From an uncultured virus (IMG/VR IMGVR_UViG_3300020171_002032) (lineage: Duplodnaviria; Heunggongvirae; Uroviricota; Caudoviricetes): a DNA stretch of 64,000 nt. Below the pieces are notes generated by a model. That model had not been told where the DNA came from. It saw only the letters and a program-made list of their open reading frames with translations, and ran no database searches. The number at the start of each line of letters is the position of its first letter. Within the stretch, counting starts at the first letter, position 1. The stretch lies in IMG/VR virus record IMGVR_UViG_3300020171_002032; one strand, written 5' to 3'. The translations under genes and the position numbers were made by a program. Of the stretch, positions 9,195-17,802 are shown in pieces.

Positions 9195-9521
9195 ATGAAA
9201 GTGCCGAAACCAGAATGCAAGGTTTTGAGTAGGGATGACATTAAACTTCTCCTATCCAAGGCGAAAGAAACGAATGAGGATGAATGGAAAATCCTGTCCT
9301 TTATGGTTACAACTGGGGGACGTGTCGCTGAAACGGCTTCCACTTTTGGTCTCATGCGACGAAAAATCGATAGAATGTGTACAAAATATTCCTTAAAGCT
9401 CGGTTATCAACTGACCCCTCATATGATTCGCAAGTTCTATGCTATCGAGTTGCAGGATCTTGGGGTTCATCCAAACATTATCAATATCCTTCTGGGTCAT
9501 AAGGCATATCCTCTCCCCTAG
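9195..9521 (+). CDS. miniature tyrosine-recombinase catalytic-domain protein
   Basis: TGGRVAE (box I Arg), TPHMIRK (HxxR) and LLGH in only 108 aa; no canonically spaced catalytic Tyr. Confidence 0.8.
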   Translation: MKVPKPECKVLSRDDIKLLLSKAKETNEDEWKILSFMVTTGGRVAETASTFGLMRRKIDRMCTKYSLKLGYQLTPHMIRKFYAIELQDLGVHPNIINILLGHKAYPLP

Positions 9522-9870
9522 TTTTTCTGTTATATTACGTTAACTGCAAGGGTGCAATGCTTCACTAGAAGAATCTTCTAGGACTGAAACTCCGAAGTCT
9601 TAAATCCTTACTCAACAAAGAAGAATCTGGGGAATAAAATGAGAGCAAAAAGGCGCGAACGCGAGGCTCTCAGTATTAGCATTCGAACAAGCTTAGACGG
9701 TAATTGGAAAAAGAGGTGAAAACATGGTCTTTGAAATAGTCACAGCCGTCTTTGCTGTTATCATCATCTTTCTGAGATGCCAAGATTCAGGAAGTTAAGA
9801 GCCTCGCGCAACATAAAATAACTTCCCTTTTTTTCTACTGTTAATCCTGCTTAAACGAAAGGGTGCTAAA

Positions 9871-10059
9871 ATGAATATTGATGATGCTGTCAAAGAAATA
9901 AAGGCATATCTGAGGACATTCATTGATGATAATGAGTTACAGAGATTAAGTGCAAAGCTCCTGAAATGCTGGTACGATGCCATGATCGAGCAGGGTTTCA
10001 CATGCGATCAAGCCCTTCAAATACTCTGTGCAAATCCACAACTCATAAAACTGAACTGA
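9871..10059 (+). CDS. hypothetical protein
   Basis: Between sites 9838 and 10079. Confidence 0.7.
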   Translation: MNIDDAVKEIKAYLRTFIDDNELQRLSAKLLKCWYDAMIEQGFTCDQALQILCANPQLIKLN

Positions 10060-10109
10060 ACCATCCCCTTTTTCTATTCGTTTAAAGATGTTTATACGAA
10101 AGGGTGATA

Positions 10110-10253
10110 ATAACGCCGCAGAATGCAGAAAGACCACATCGAGAAGACTACACAACCTTGGAGAGCTACTGTCTAGCTTTAGAACGATATGTTGCGAAAC
10201 TGGAACAAGCAATAGACGACCTTAGCCGAATCCCCTTACCCAAATACCCATAA
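10110..10253 (+). CDS. small hypothetical protein, start uncertain (ATA, or GTG at 10104)
   Basis: Open frame ITPQNAERPHREDY...PKYP* directly after site 10079 and AAGGGTG. Confidence 0.45.
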   Translation: MTPQNAERPHREDYTTLESYCLALERYVAKLEQAIDDLSRIPLPKYP

Positions 10254-10304
10254 CTTCTCAACCTTTTTCTATATCCTTGTAGTATTGTCAAAAGGGTGTT
10301 GGAA

Positions 10305-10367
10305 ATGGAAGAAGAAGAGGAAGAAGAAGACTTTGAAGACGATTGGGAAGATGAGGAAGAAGCTTGA
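10305..10367 (+). CDS. hyper-acidic micropeptide MEEEEEEEDFEDDWEDEEEA
   Basis: ATG after AAGGGTG; similar to 10743-10814. Confidence 0.55.
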   Translation: MEEEEEEEDFEDDWEDEEEA

Positions 10368-10443
10368 ACGAGACTGAATAAGCATCAGTTTCCAACCACA
10401 TTTTTCTGTTAATACCCGTTAACTGCGAAGGGTGATAAGTAGA

Positions 10444-10698
10444 ATGCCAAAAATCGTGATTTTAGGATCGTGCAGGTATGAGCCATATGAAATTCTCGCC
10501 ATTCCTAACAAAATCCCCAATGCTTGGAATACGGAAAAAGGCTATAAAATTGCCTCACAGAAGTTTTATCCAGCCATCGAGCGAGCAGATGAAATCTGGA
10601 TCTATGCTCCTGAAGGCATTGGAGAGCACACAAAACGCGATATAGAATACGCTAAAAGTAAGGGGAAAAAACTCTTCATCCTCATGCCCGTTCCATAA
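10444..10698 (+). CDS. nucleoside 2-deoxyribosyltransferase-like / DUF4406-like small protein
   Basis: IERADEIWIY..GIGEHTKRDIEYAKSKGKKLF pattern. Confidence 0.6.
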   Translation: MPKIVILGSCRYEPYEILAIPNKIPNAWNTEKGYKIASQKFYPAIERADEIWIYAPEGIGEHTKRDIEYAKSKGKKLFILMPVP

Positions 10699-10742
10699 CT
10701 TTTTTATGCAGTTAAGCTTAGTTATACGAAAAGGGTGGTAGA

Positions 10743-10814
10743 ATGAGCGAAGAAAAGGATGAAGAAGACGACTTAGACGAAGACGACGATTGGATTGACG
10801 AGGAAGAAGAGTAA
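10743..10814 (+). CDS. hyper-acidic micropeptide MSEEKDEEDDLDEDDDWIDEEEE
   Basis: ATG after site 10708 and AAGGGTG. Confidence 0.6.
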   Translation: MSEEKDEEDDLDEDDDWIDEEEE

Positions 10815-10887
10815 GGGTGCCAAGTGCGGTACGGCTGACCACTCCTTCTAGACCGTCGGAGCAATCGGAGCTAACTGCACCGCACCC
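10815..10887 (+). ncRNA. candidate small structured RNA
   Basis: GGGTGC/GCACCC and GTGCGGT/ACTGCAC closing stems; inner ACGG/CCGT; possible CTCC/GGAG pseudoknot. Confidence 0.5.
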
Positions 10888-10916
10888 ACGCATAATTTGA
10901 AAGAAAGGGTGAAATT

Positions 10917-11468
10917 ATGGGAACTCAAGATGAACATTGGTGTAATAGTTGTAAGCGTAGCCTAGACAAAAAGAAGGATAAGTATGTCGAGTTTGAGCTT
11001 GTGAACGAACCGTCAATTTTCAAAAGAAAGAAACCTAAGAAACCGAAGGGAATAATCTGCCAAAACTGCATAGATGCAGATCCTAAACTCAAGGCAGCCT
11101 TAGAGTTGATGGCAAAAGCAGGCAATCCGAACTTTGTCGTTTCAGTTCAATGCCTATCGACAGAAGAATGTGAGAACTATGAACAACCAAAAGAGTCAGG
11201 CATAAACTGCTCACACATCGCCGTTATTGGCGACAGGCTTTACTGTAAACGTAGCCATCCAGGTGTAGTTCATCTTCCACAAGAAAAAGCGGAAATTGAA
11301 CGGTTAAAGCGTACTCTTCTGCAAGAATACATCGGAAACCTGCTCAAGAATCCTAAACTTAAAAAACTTTTCGATGTGACGCACTTTGAGAAACTGCTTG
11401 AAACTGCCTATACTCCTCCTTCATCAGTGATTGAAGAGCAACATATAGACTTGCCAAAACAACCCTAA
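10917..11468 (+). CDS. Cys-rich hypothetical protein
   Basis: CNSC, CQNC and further Cys. Confidence 0.7.
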   Translation: MGTQDEHWCNSCKRSLDKKKDKYVEFELVNEPSIFKRKKPKKPKGIICQNCIDADPKLKAALELMAKAGNPNFVVSVQCLSTEECENYEQPKESGINCSHIAVIGDRLYCKRSHPGVVHLPQEKAEIERLKRTLLQEYIGNLLKNPKLKKLFDVTHFEKLLETAYTPPSSVIEEQHIDLPKQP

Positions 11469-11506
11469 TCTTTTTCTGTTAACGATGTTAAATGAAGGGT
11501 GATGTA

Positions 11507-11929
11507 ATGGTAAGCGAACTAATAAAATGCGGAACATGCCGCAAAAGGTTCGTGAATAATCCTCAGAAACATCTAGATCGCCAAAAGCTTTGTCCACACT
11601 GTCGTACTCCCTACACAAAAGTCGGAATTGCTTGGAAACCTCCCCAAATCTCGTTCAGAGGGATCAAAGAAGATCTACAGAAACTATTCAACTTCTTTCC
11701 AAACAGTCAGAAAAATAAAGAAGTTTACTACGTCTGTCCCAACTCCGAATGTAAATACACAACAGATTTTTCAGACGGCTTACACGTTGCACATTTACCA
11801 GATAAGACCAAAGAAGTAACATTACATGGTCAAACCGAAACAGTTGTTTTGACATACCGAGAAGTTCCAACGTGCCCAAAATGTGACTCGTACATGACAC
11901 GCAGAAGCAAAAAACTGAAGAAACCATAA
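11507..11929 (+). CDS. double zinc-ribbon protein
   Basis: CGTC, CPHC, CPNSEC, CPKC. Confidence 0.7.
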   Translation: MVSELIKCGTCRKRFVNNPQKHLDRQKLCPHCRTPYTKVGIAWKPPQISFRGIKEDLQKLFNFFPNSQKNKEVYYVCPNSECKYTTDFSDGLHVAHLPDKTKEVTLHGQTETVVLTYREVPTCPKCDSYMTRRSKKLKKP

Positions 11930-11975
11930 TCCCTTTTTCTATAGTGTTAACGATAATTAGACGAAGGGTGATTGA

Positions 11976-12221
11976 TTGCCAAAAATACGTGTTCAATACA
12001 TCGAGGTTGGAGAGAGACTTAAAGTCATCTTAGACGAAGAGTATGATCTGACATCAGGTTCAGGACTACCAGCCGTTGGAGATTCTATGCACATATATGA
12101 TCCCAAGCGAAAACGCACAGCTCAGTTCTGGGTAGTCGAAAGACATTGGAACATTGGCAATGTCGTCGGCATGATTAATATTTACATCTCACCAACATCC
12201 GATGATGCGAGAACAATCTAA
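11976..12221 (+). CDS. hypothetical protein
   Basis: Between sites 11944 and 12239. Confidence 0.7.
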   Translation: MPKIRVQYIEVGERLKVILDEEYDLTSGSGLPAVGDSMHIYDPKRKRTAQFWVVERHWNIGNVVGMINIYISPTSDDARTI

Positions 12222-12266
12222 CAAACCCTTTTTTCTTTCGTTTAAAGTATTTTATGCGAAGGGTGA

Positions 12267-12344
12267 ACAGAGGTAGGGGAGTCAGGTCGCCCCGCAAGGC
12301 TCATAACCTTGAGATCAGTAGTTCAAATCTACTCCTCTGTACCA
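12267..12344 (+). tRNA. tRNA-Met(CAT), archaeal initiator-like, CCA encoded
   Basis: Full cloverleaf: acceptor ACAGAGG/CCTCTGT (A1-U72), D stem GGGG/CCCC, anticodon arm CAAGG-CTCATAA-CCTTG, T arm AGTAG-TTCAAAT-CTACT, 3' ACCA. Confidence 0.93.
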
Positions 12345-12362
12345 TTCGAAGGGTGAAAGTGA

Positions 12363-12629
12363 ATGGTAAAAGTCAAAGCACAAACAAATGAGCTAGTCGT
12401 AGTTGATCTTGAAAATGAAGGTCTTGCAAAAACCGTAAAAACTTACGTTCGCTTGGAAAATACTATTGTTCTCCCCAAAATCCTGAGAGTATTCGGAGAT
12501 CATATAGAATTAGATGTAGAGAACGTAAACAGAGACAATGGCACAATACGAAAGAAAACGCTCAAGTTCTGGCTTCACGATCTAATCATCATGAACAATA
12601 CGTTGTTCCGAATTCAACATCCCCAATAA
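12363..12629 (+). CDS. hypothetical protein
   Basis: ATG after AAGGGTG. Confidence 0.7.
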   Translation: MVKVKAQTNELVVVDLENEGLAKTVKTYVRLENTIVLPKILRVFGDHIELDVENVNRDNGTIRKKTLKFWLHDLIIMNNTLFRIQHPQ

Positions 12630-12674
12630 TTTTTTCTCTGTTATACACAATTAACCGCAAAGCATAAATTCAGA

Positions 12675-13640
12675 AAGGGTGATAGAAAAGGTTGCGTATC
12701 CAGCGTCCAAAACTGCTGGAATCACGATACTAGAAACCTATGGTCAAAGCTGAAAAGGCAGGGAGAAACGGATTAGAGATGCGGGTGATCCAGAACTGCA
12801 TTGATGACGAGCGACACTCCCAGTCCAAATATGTCATACTAGCACCTTTAGGTTCACGATATTTTTATTAATAAGTTAATCGTTAACCTTTTCATGCGAC
12901 AAGATAGAGCAGCAAGAAATGAGTATACCCGTAATTGGACTCGTAAACGTATAGCACAAGGGATCTGTCCTGAGTGTGGTTCTAAAATTGATCGTAAAGG
13001 TTCTCTATGTAGAAAATGTGCTGACCGTAAGAGCGAACTTGGCAAAAAGAATGACCTTCTAAGAGGTACCGAATATCATAAAAATCGTCTTGAGATTTTC
13101 CAAAAATTATCTAGAAAAGAAGTGCCTGAGTGTAAATATTGTGGCTGTGATGTCTATAAGGCTTTAGAATTGAACCATAAAAATGGTGGTGGAAGCAAAG
13201 ATAAACGCAAACATGCAAGTTTCACTATTATAAATCAAATAGCTAATGGAACACGTGATATCAATGATTATGAAGTCGCTTGTAGAGTTTGTAATGCTGA
13301 ACAATATTCAGAGAAAAAATGGGGTTTGCAGTGGGAAGTAAAATTTATAAAGCAATCAGTACCTAATTAGAAAACCTAGCACTTTAGGGTCGGTTGGACT
13401 CGAAAGGGAGACCACGCTTAAGGCTAAACTCTAGGGGGAACGCCTCTAGGACGTGCCCACGGAGAGAACCGTGCCACAAGTGAATAATGCTCAAGGGCAT
13501 AATCGGAAAGGGATGCGGTGTGATTGACCTGAGAGTTGAGCTAACGACTCAACAACCGATCCGCCTTGATATTTGCACACCTAGAGGTGATGAAGGCTCT
13601 GAGTTGCCATGGCGATTCAGATGCTAGAGCCTCACCCTAA
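12675..13640 (+). ncRNA. candidate large structured RNA (element B) interrupted by an HNH gene
   Basis: Non-coding and hairpin-rich (CTAGGGG/CCTCTAG, CACGG/CCGTG, GGTGA-GGCTCT/AGAGCC-TCACC); ends AGGGTGA...TCACCCT. Confidence 0.55.
12894..13370 (+). CDS. HNH-type (homing) endonuclease with N-terminal zinc finger
   Basis: CPEC..CRKC, CKYCG...LELNHKNGGG...YEVACRVCN; AT-richer than flanks; flanked by a near-direct repeat. Confidence 0.75.
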   Translation: MRQDRAARNEYTRNWTRKRIAQGICPECGSKIDRKGSLCRKCADRKSELGKKNDLLRGTEYHKNRLEIFQKLSRKEVPECKYCGCDVYKALELNHKNGGGSKDKRKHASFTIINQIANGTRDINDYEVACRVCNAEQYSEKKWGLQWEVKFIKQSVPN

Positions 13641-13687
13641 CTTACGGAATGACAAGATTTTAAGGAACTTGTCCTCTTAGAATCATT

Positions 13688-13996
13688 ATGGTTCGACAAA
13701 AGTGCGATGAACTAGGTTTCTTGGTGGAAACAAGAAAAATTCCAATAAATGAAATCTCCTACAAGGAAACCCAACCAGTTGCTCATAAGGCCAGAGCCGA
13801 GAAATACGCTGAACTGATACGAAAAGGAACAAAATTCAAGCCAATTATGGTGTTTGGCAAACGCCACAAAGGGGACACCTACCAAGTCTTCGATGGTCAC
13901 GCTAGAGTTTTGGCTCATAGAATACTAGGTCAGAAACAGATAGAAGCAGAAATAACCTTGGTAGATAGAAAAGGAAAACCAAGAAGCTGTCATTGA
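13688..13996 (+). CDS. ParB/Srx-like N-terminal domain protein
   Basis: PIMV...YQVFDGHARVLA motif. Confidence 0.75.
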   Translation: MVRQKCDELGFLVETRKIPINEISYKETQPVAHKARAEKYAELIRKGTKFKPIMVFGKRHKGDTYQVFDGHARVLAHRILGQKQIEAEITLVDRKGKPRSCH

Positions 13997-14029
13997 ACGG
14001 TTAATAGTCTATAACCGAAGGGTGAAGAA

Positions 14030-14284
14030 ATGAACTTAGAAAAAGCTCTCTTGTTGCTGAAAACGATAATCGAGAAATGCAAATTCGATGAGATTGGCTT
14101 TACCGCCGTCAAACATCCGCTTGATGATAAGGACATACTTGACATCATAATCCAAGAGAACGTGTATCATTGGCAATTCCAAGAACTAGATGCAATACTG
14201 GGAGAATACGACGATATTGAAATGCAGTTCGACTCAGGCAATGATCAACTCAGAATCTTTCGAAAGGAGCCAACAAGCTCCTAG
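14030..14284 (+). CDS. acidic hypothetical protein
   Basis: After site 13998. Confidence 0.7.
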   Translation: MNLEKALLLLKTIIEKCKFDEIGFTAVKHPLDDKDILDIIIQENVYHWQFQELDAILGEYDDIEMQFDSGNDQLRIFRKEPTSS

Positions 14285-14316
14285 CTTTTTTTTCAATTAT
14301 CGCAAGGGTGTAAAGA

Positions 14317-14628
14317 ATGAAAGAAAGTCTAGCTAATTTAACTGCTCGGACAAAAGATGTAATTCTTGAGCAGCTCAAAAGCGGGCAGCCGATGTCGGAC
14401 AAGAATCTTATGCCACTGGTTCTCTCGATAATAAATCTGATAGAAAAAAGGAACGGAGATCTAGAACATAGAACCGAAACCGTTCACATAATCGCATACA
14501 TCAAGGCGTATAAAGAACTCGAAGCGAATGGTCAGCTCAAGATCACTAGATCCGTAGGAGTTCCCGCTCCTATGACAGACTATGAAACACTCTATCAATT
14601 ACAGCGCCCACAATCCCCCTCTTTCTGA
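14317..14628 (+). CDS. hypothetical protein (possible wHTH)
   Basis: ATG after AAGGGTG. Confidence 0.65.
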   Translation: MKESLANLTARTKDVILEQLKSGQPMSDKNLMPLVLSIINLIEKRNGDLEHRTETVHIIAYIKAYKELEANGQLKITRSVGVPAPMTDYETLYQLQRPQSPSF

Positions 14629-14641
14629 AGGGTGAAAATGA

Positions 14642-14809
14642 ATGGCGCAAATTCACATACCAATTCTTAGAGAAGGCCAACCAGAGAACTTTAAAAACAC
14701 CTTCGAGATCAGTCTAATGAATTACGTCAACAATGGCTACAAAATCATCTACGCTCTTCTCGATAGCAATGATAAGTTGGTGCTAATTCTGCAAGGAGAA
14801 ATCAAGTAA
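14642..14809 (+). CDS. small hypothetical protein, 55 aa
   Basis: ATG after AAGGGTG. Confidence 0.6.
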   Translation: MAQIHIPILREGQPENFKNTFEISLMNYVNNGYKIIYALLDSNDKLVLILQGEIK

Positions 14810-14860
14810 CCTAAATTTCCATCATTTTTCTGTTAACTCATTAAGTGTAAGGGTGAAAAT

Positions 14861-15034
14861 TTGCCTGAACACTTCATATCAACATTCGACTTTGAGAAAA
14901 CCACAAAGAGAACCTACAGATTTCATGAATACGGACCAGATCCAGACCTTCCAATCAAGACACTTTATGTCAAGCAAACTGCTTTCAAGGCCCAGCCTAA
15001 GAAACTGAAGGTCACAGTCGAAGTGATCGAATAA
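14861..15034 (+). CDS. small beta-rich hypothetical protein, 57 aa
   Basis: TTG after AAGGGTG; FEKTTKRTYRF...TLYVKQ. Confidence 0.6.
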   Translation: MPEHFISTFDFEKTTKRTYRFHEYGPDPDLPIKTLYVKQTAFKAQPKKLKVTVEVIE

Positions 15035-15189
15035 TGCCAAACTACATCGTCACGGCCAAAGTCAGTTTGTTAGTCAGAAGTGCTAAAAATGCTGAAGAAG
15101 CCAAAGACATGTTCCGAGAGCAACTTATTACTACGTCCTTTCTCTTGGAGACACCTAAAGAAACGTTGAACGTAAAAGTAGCTAAATAA
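15034..15189 (+). CDS. small hypothetical protein, 51 aa
   Basis: TAATG coupling to the previous ORF. Confidence 0.55.
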   Translation: MPNYIVTAKVSLLVRSAKNAEEAKDMFREQLITTSFLLETPKETLNVKVAK

Positions 15190-15236
15190 CCCCCTTTTCT
15201 TCTCGTTTAATTACCCATAAGCGCAAGGGTGTGAAT

Positions 15237-15593
15237 ATGAATCTGACTGAACTCTGTTCAATCATTCCAAAATCTGTCGTGCAAGATGGCGATGCTGTAA
15301 CACTCCTCAGAGCCAGTATGGAAGCAACGCAAAAAGTCTACAAAACCGCAAAGATATACTTCGCTCAATCAGACGAACAGGATCAACTGATTATGAAAGC
15401 TATCAACAAGAAACTGGCGATTATGAATCCGAATGAGATTGTCTACAAAGGCGTTTATGGCGAAAAAGGAAAAAGAGTCGAATACTGGTTCATGATGACT
15501 GGCATTCTGATAATCCGAGGAATAGACCAACACTGGAGCTTTATGGGGCCTCGCATGACAAAGAAACAATGGGAAACCTTAGCAAAATCCTAA
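15237..15593 (+). CDS. hypothetical protein
   Basis: Between sites 15204 and 15604. Confidence 0.7.
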   Translation: MNLTELCSIIPKSVVQDGDAVTLLRASMEATQKVYKTAKIYFAQSDEQDQLIMKAINKKLAIMNPNEIVYKGVYGEKGKRVEYWFMMTGILIIRGIDQHWSFMGPRMTKKQWETLAKS

Positions 15594-15638
15594 ATCCTTT
15601 TTTCTTTTAATACGATTTAACCGAAAGGGTGAAAACAG

Positions 15639-15995
15639 ATGAATTTGAAAGATCTAGCAGAAGCATGGACTATCATGTGGGGAATAAGCTATATCATCAC
15701 TGCACTCGTAGCACCGTCAATCTCTGAAGTTCCAGCGTTCGCCTACGGAGTCTTAGGAGTCTTCATAATCGTCATGGTTTTCTTGATGCATTTTATACAT
15801 GGTCGCCCTGTGACTGTTGTTTTCTTTGCTTTAGGAATAATGATGACATACGGCGGAGTGGTTTCATGGACTGGAGCTGGACTCTGGAATGTGCCTTTCC
15901 CAAACAAAGAGCTGTTTCAAGTCAGCATGGCCTTCGCCGACATGATCAGTGCAGTCTTCCTCTTCTTACTCGGCATCGAAATAGCGAGAAAATAA
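15639..15995 (+). CDS. four-TM membrane protein
   Basis: Four hydrophobic segments. Confidence 0.75.
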   Translation: MNLKDLAEAWTIMWGISYIITALVAPSISEVPAFAYGVLGVFIIVMVFLMHFIHGRPVTVVFFALGIMMTYGGVVSWTGAGLWNVPFPNKELFQVSMAFADMISAVFLFLLGIEIARK

Positions 15996-16024
15996 TCTCT
16001 TTTTTTTTCTCAAGGGTGAATTGA

Positions 16025-16234
16025 ATGTCAGAACTTCTGCAAATGGAGAAGAAAGACGAATCAAAACCCTATAAAGGGGTCTGTTGCAAATCGTGTTATC
16101 TTGCGAAAGGCGACAAATGCAGATGTAGATGCAAGAAGAAATATCATGGTCTGGGAGTCATAAAGAGGCTGACCAATATGGAGGAAAAGAAAGATGAAAA
16201 CGATAAATCTACAAGTTCCAGAACCCCATCTTGA
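16025..16234 (+). CDS. Cys-rich basic small protein
   Basis: CCKSC...CRCRC..YHG. Confidence 0.6.
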   Translation: MSELLQMEKKDESKPYKGVCCKSCYLAKGDKCRCRCKKKYHGLGVIKRLTNMEEKKDENDKSTSSRTPS

Positions 16235-16334
16235 ACTCATCGATCAACTCATCAACGAAAATCTATATGCCAGCAGAAATGATGCAATAAGGCAAGCAGT
16301 CCGCGATCTACTGAAACTTCATGGCAAACTCTAA
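16194..16334 (+). CDS. ribbon-helix-helix (CopG-like) regulator
   Basis: MKTINLQVPEPHLELIDQLI...YASRNDAIRQAVRDLL; GGAGG upstream. Confidence 0.8.
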   Translation: MKTINLQVPEPHLELIDQLINENLYASRNDAIRQAVRDLLKLHGKL

Positions 16335-16364
16335 CCCCATCTTTTTCTAATGAAGGGTGTAATA

Positions 16365-16586
16365 ATGGTTCGATTAGGAAAACAACAGACAAAGATCCTT
16401 AAACTTCTTGCAGAACATCCTGACTCAACAATTTTGGAAATCGGGCATATGTTCCATAAAAAACCTATCTTGACAGGCACTAAAGAATATAATTCGATAT
16501 GTAGAAGTTTGCATCTACTGGAAAGTCACGGTTACGTTGAAAGAAAGAATGGTCAGATCAAATGGCACTCAACCAACAAAACCTAA
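16365..16586 (+). CDS. winged-helix DNA-binding protein
   Basis: QTKILKLL...TILEI...SLHLLESHGYVER. Confidence 0.7.
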   Translation: MVRLGKQQTKILKLLAEHPDSTILEIGHMFHKKPILTGTKEYNSICRSLHLLESHGYVERKNGQIKWHSTNKT

Positions 16587-16703
16587 ATAACTTCTTCCTT
16601 TTTTATCATTTAAAGGGTGACTCTGGATGGCTTGTTCGTCATCTTAAGATCCCTCTTATATGATTGTCGAGCTGTCCGAAGTTGCCCCTGAAAGGGTGGT
16701 ACT

Positions 16704-16865
16704 TTGAGGTACTTCGATGACTTAGAAGGTTTCAAACACCTTGTTCATGCAATTCCCTTGACTCTTGAGGCAAGTCAGAGGCTTTGGTTGATGCTTGAAG
16801 AGGTGCTGAGTAAGCATCCGCAATGGGAGAAGTACGTGACCAATAACTGCTTGTTGCATCCCTAA
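16704..16865 (+). CDS. small hypothetical protein, 53 aa
   Basis: TTG after AAGGGTG; ends before site 16878. Confidence 0.55.
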   Translation: MRYFDDLEGFKHLVHAIPLTLEASQRLWLMLEEVLSKHPQWEKYVTNNCLLHP

Positions 16866-16910
16866 CCTTTTTCTATTCGTTTAATGTAGCTTATGCGCAA
16901 GGGTGATTGA

Positions 16911-17078
16911 ATGAGCGATAAGAAACCACATGTCTATCTCGGCTTCAAGAATGGAAAACTTGATACTATCATCATTTCTAGGATCTCTGACCGAGAGAGT
17001 TCAATTGACTGCGATTATTACATAGATGAACCCCAAGACGCTCGGCAACAGATTGAGAAATGGCTTTCCGAACTCTAA
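16911..17078 (+). CDS. small hypothetical protein, 55 aa
   Basis: Between sites 16878 and 17099. Confidence 0.65.
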   Translation: MSDKKPHVYLGFKNGKLDTIIISRISDRESSIDCDYYIDEPQDARQQIEKWLSEL

Positions 17079-17135
17079 TCTCCCCTAACTTTTTATTTCT
17101 GATAAGGCATATTAAACGAAGGGTGTACCATAAAA

Positions 17136-17411
17136 ATGAACGACTCAATGCTCGCGTTTGATGGAGAGAACTATTGGGAAGTCACGAATATTGAGGGAGT
17201 TCTAGGCGTTCTTAAGAGGAATAGATCATTTCGTAAAGAATTGATCACTACGATGAAAAACATATCAGAAACAATAGTTGCTCTGCGAGGATTAGCAGAG
17301 AAAGGTTACGTGAGAACTAGGGGAGATCCTAGTGATGATGATGCTTTGCTCAGATTTGCCGTCATACTCAAAGAAAACTTCCCTCATGATTGGAATATCA
17401 GCAAACCCTAA
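17136..17411 (+). CDS. hypothetical protein
   Basis: Between sites 17099 and 17423. Confidence 0.7.
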   Translation: MNDSMLAFDGENYWEVTNIEGVLGVLKRNRSFRKELITTMKNISETIVALRGLAEKGYVRTRGDPSDDDALLRFAVILKENFPHDWNISKP

Positions 17412-17459
17412 CCTTTTTCTATCTGTTATGTATAATTAACCGCATGAAAGGGTGTTTTG

Positions 17460-17765
17460 ATGAAATTTTGTCCTAAATGTGGATATGAAGACTCGATTTA
17501 TTGGCGACATAGCCGTTACGACTTTAATGCTGACTATTGCCGAAGAGAGGAATTTCCTGAAATCGAACCTGAACTCGATTTGGCATTGGGCGAAGATGAA
17601 CCACTTGTTGACGGGCGGTATGTCTACTACCGAAGGGGGACAGGAAAAGTTTGGGTCTATCGTGTCGCACTTGAAGATTTTAAAGTAAGTTGTGAAAAGA
17701 GACGAGCCTATACACCTCCAAAACAAACAATCACACCAAAATCCTTAACTTCTTTTTGCAGTTAA
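17460..17765 (+). CDS. zinc-ribbon hypothetical protein
   Basis: MKFCPKCG; its stop codon is the TAA of site 17758. Confidence 0.7.
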   Translation: MKFCPKCGYEDSIYWRHSRYDFNADYCRREEFPEIEPELDLALGEDEPLVDGRYVYYRRGTGKVWVYRVALEDFKVSCEKRRAYTPPKQTITPKSLTSFCS

Positions 17766-17802
17766 TAGGTTATAACCGCATGGAAAAAGGGTGAACCCAA
17801 GT

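Noticed and set aside
10815..10887. HDV-like ribozyme call
   Set aside because: GCTAA followed by a P2-like stem is suggestive, but the P1 partner lies 3' of it, which does not fit the HDV nested double pseudoknot.
12267..12344. tRNA as a provirus attachment site
   Set aside because: No duplicated tRNA 3' end was noticed in the window, and the array continues on both sides.
13688..13996. The palindromes as parS sites for the ParB-like protein
   Set aside because: The protein has only the N-terminal ParB/Srx domain with no HTH, and parS has no 6-bp variable spacer.
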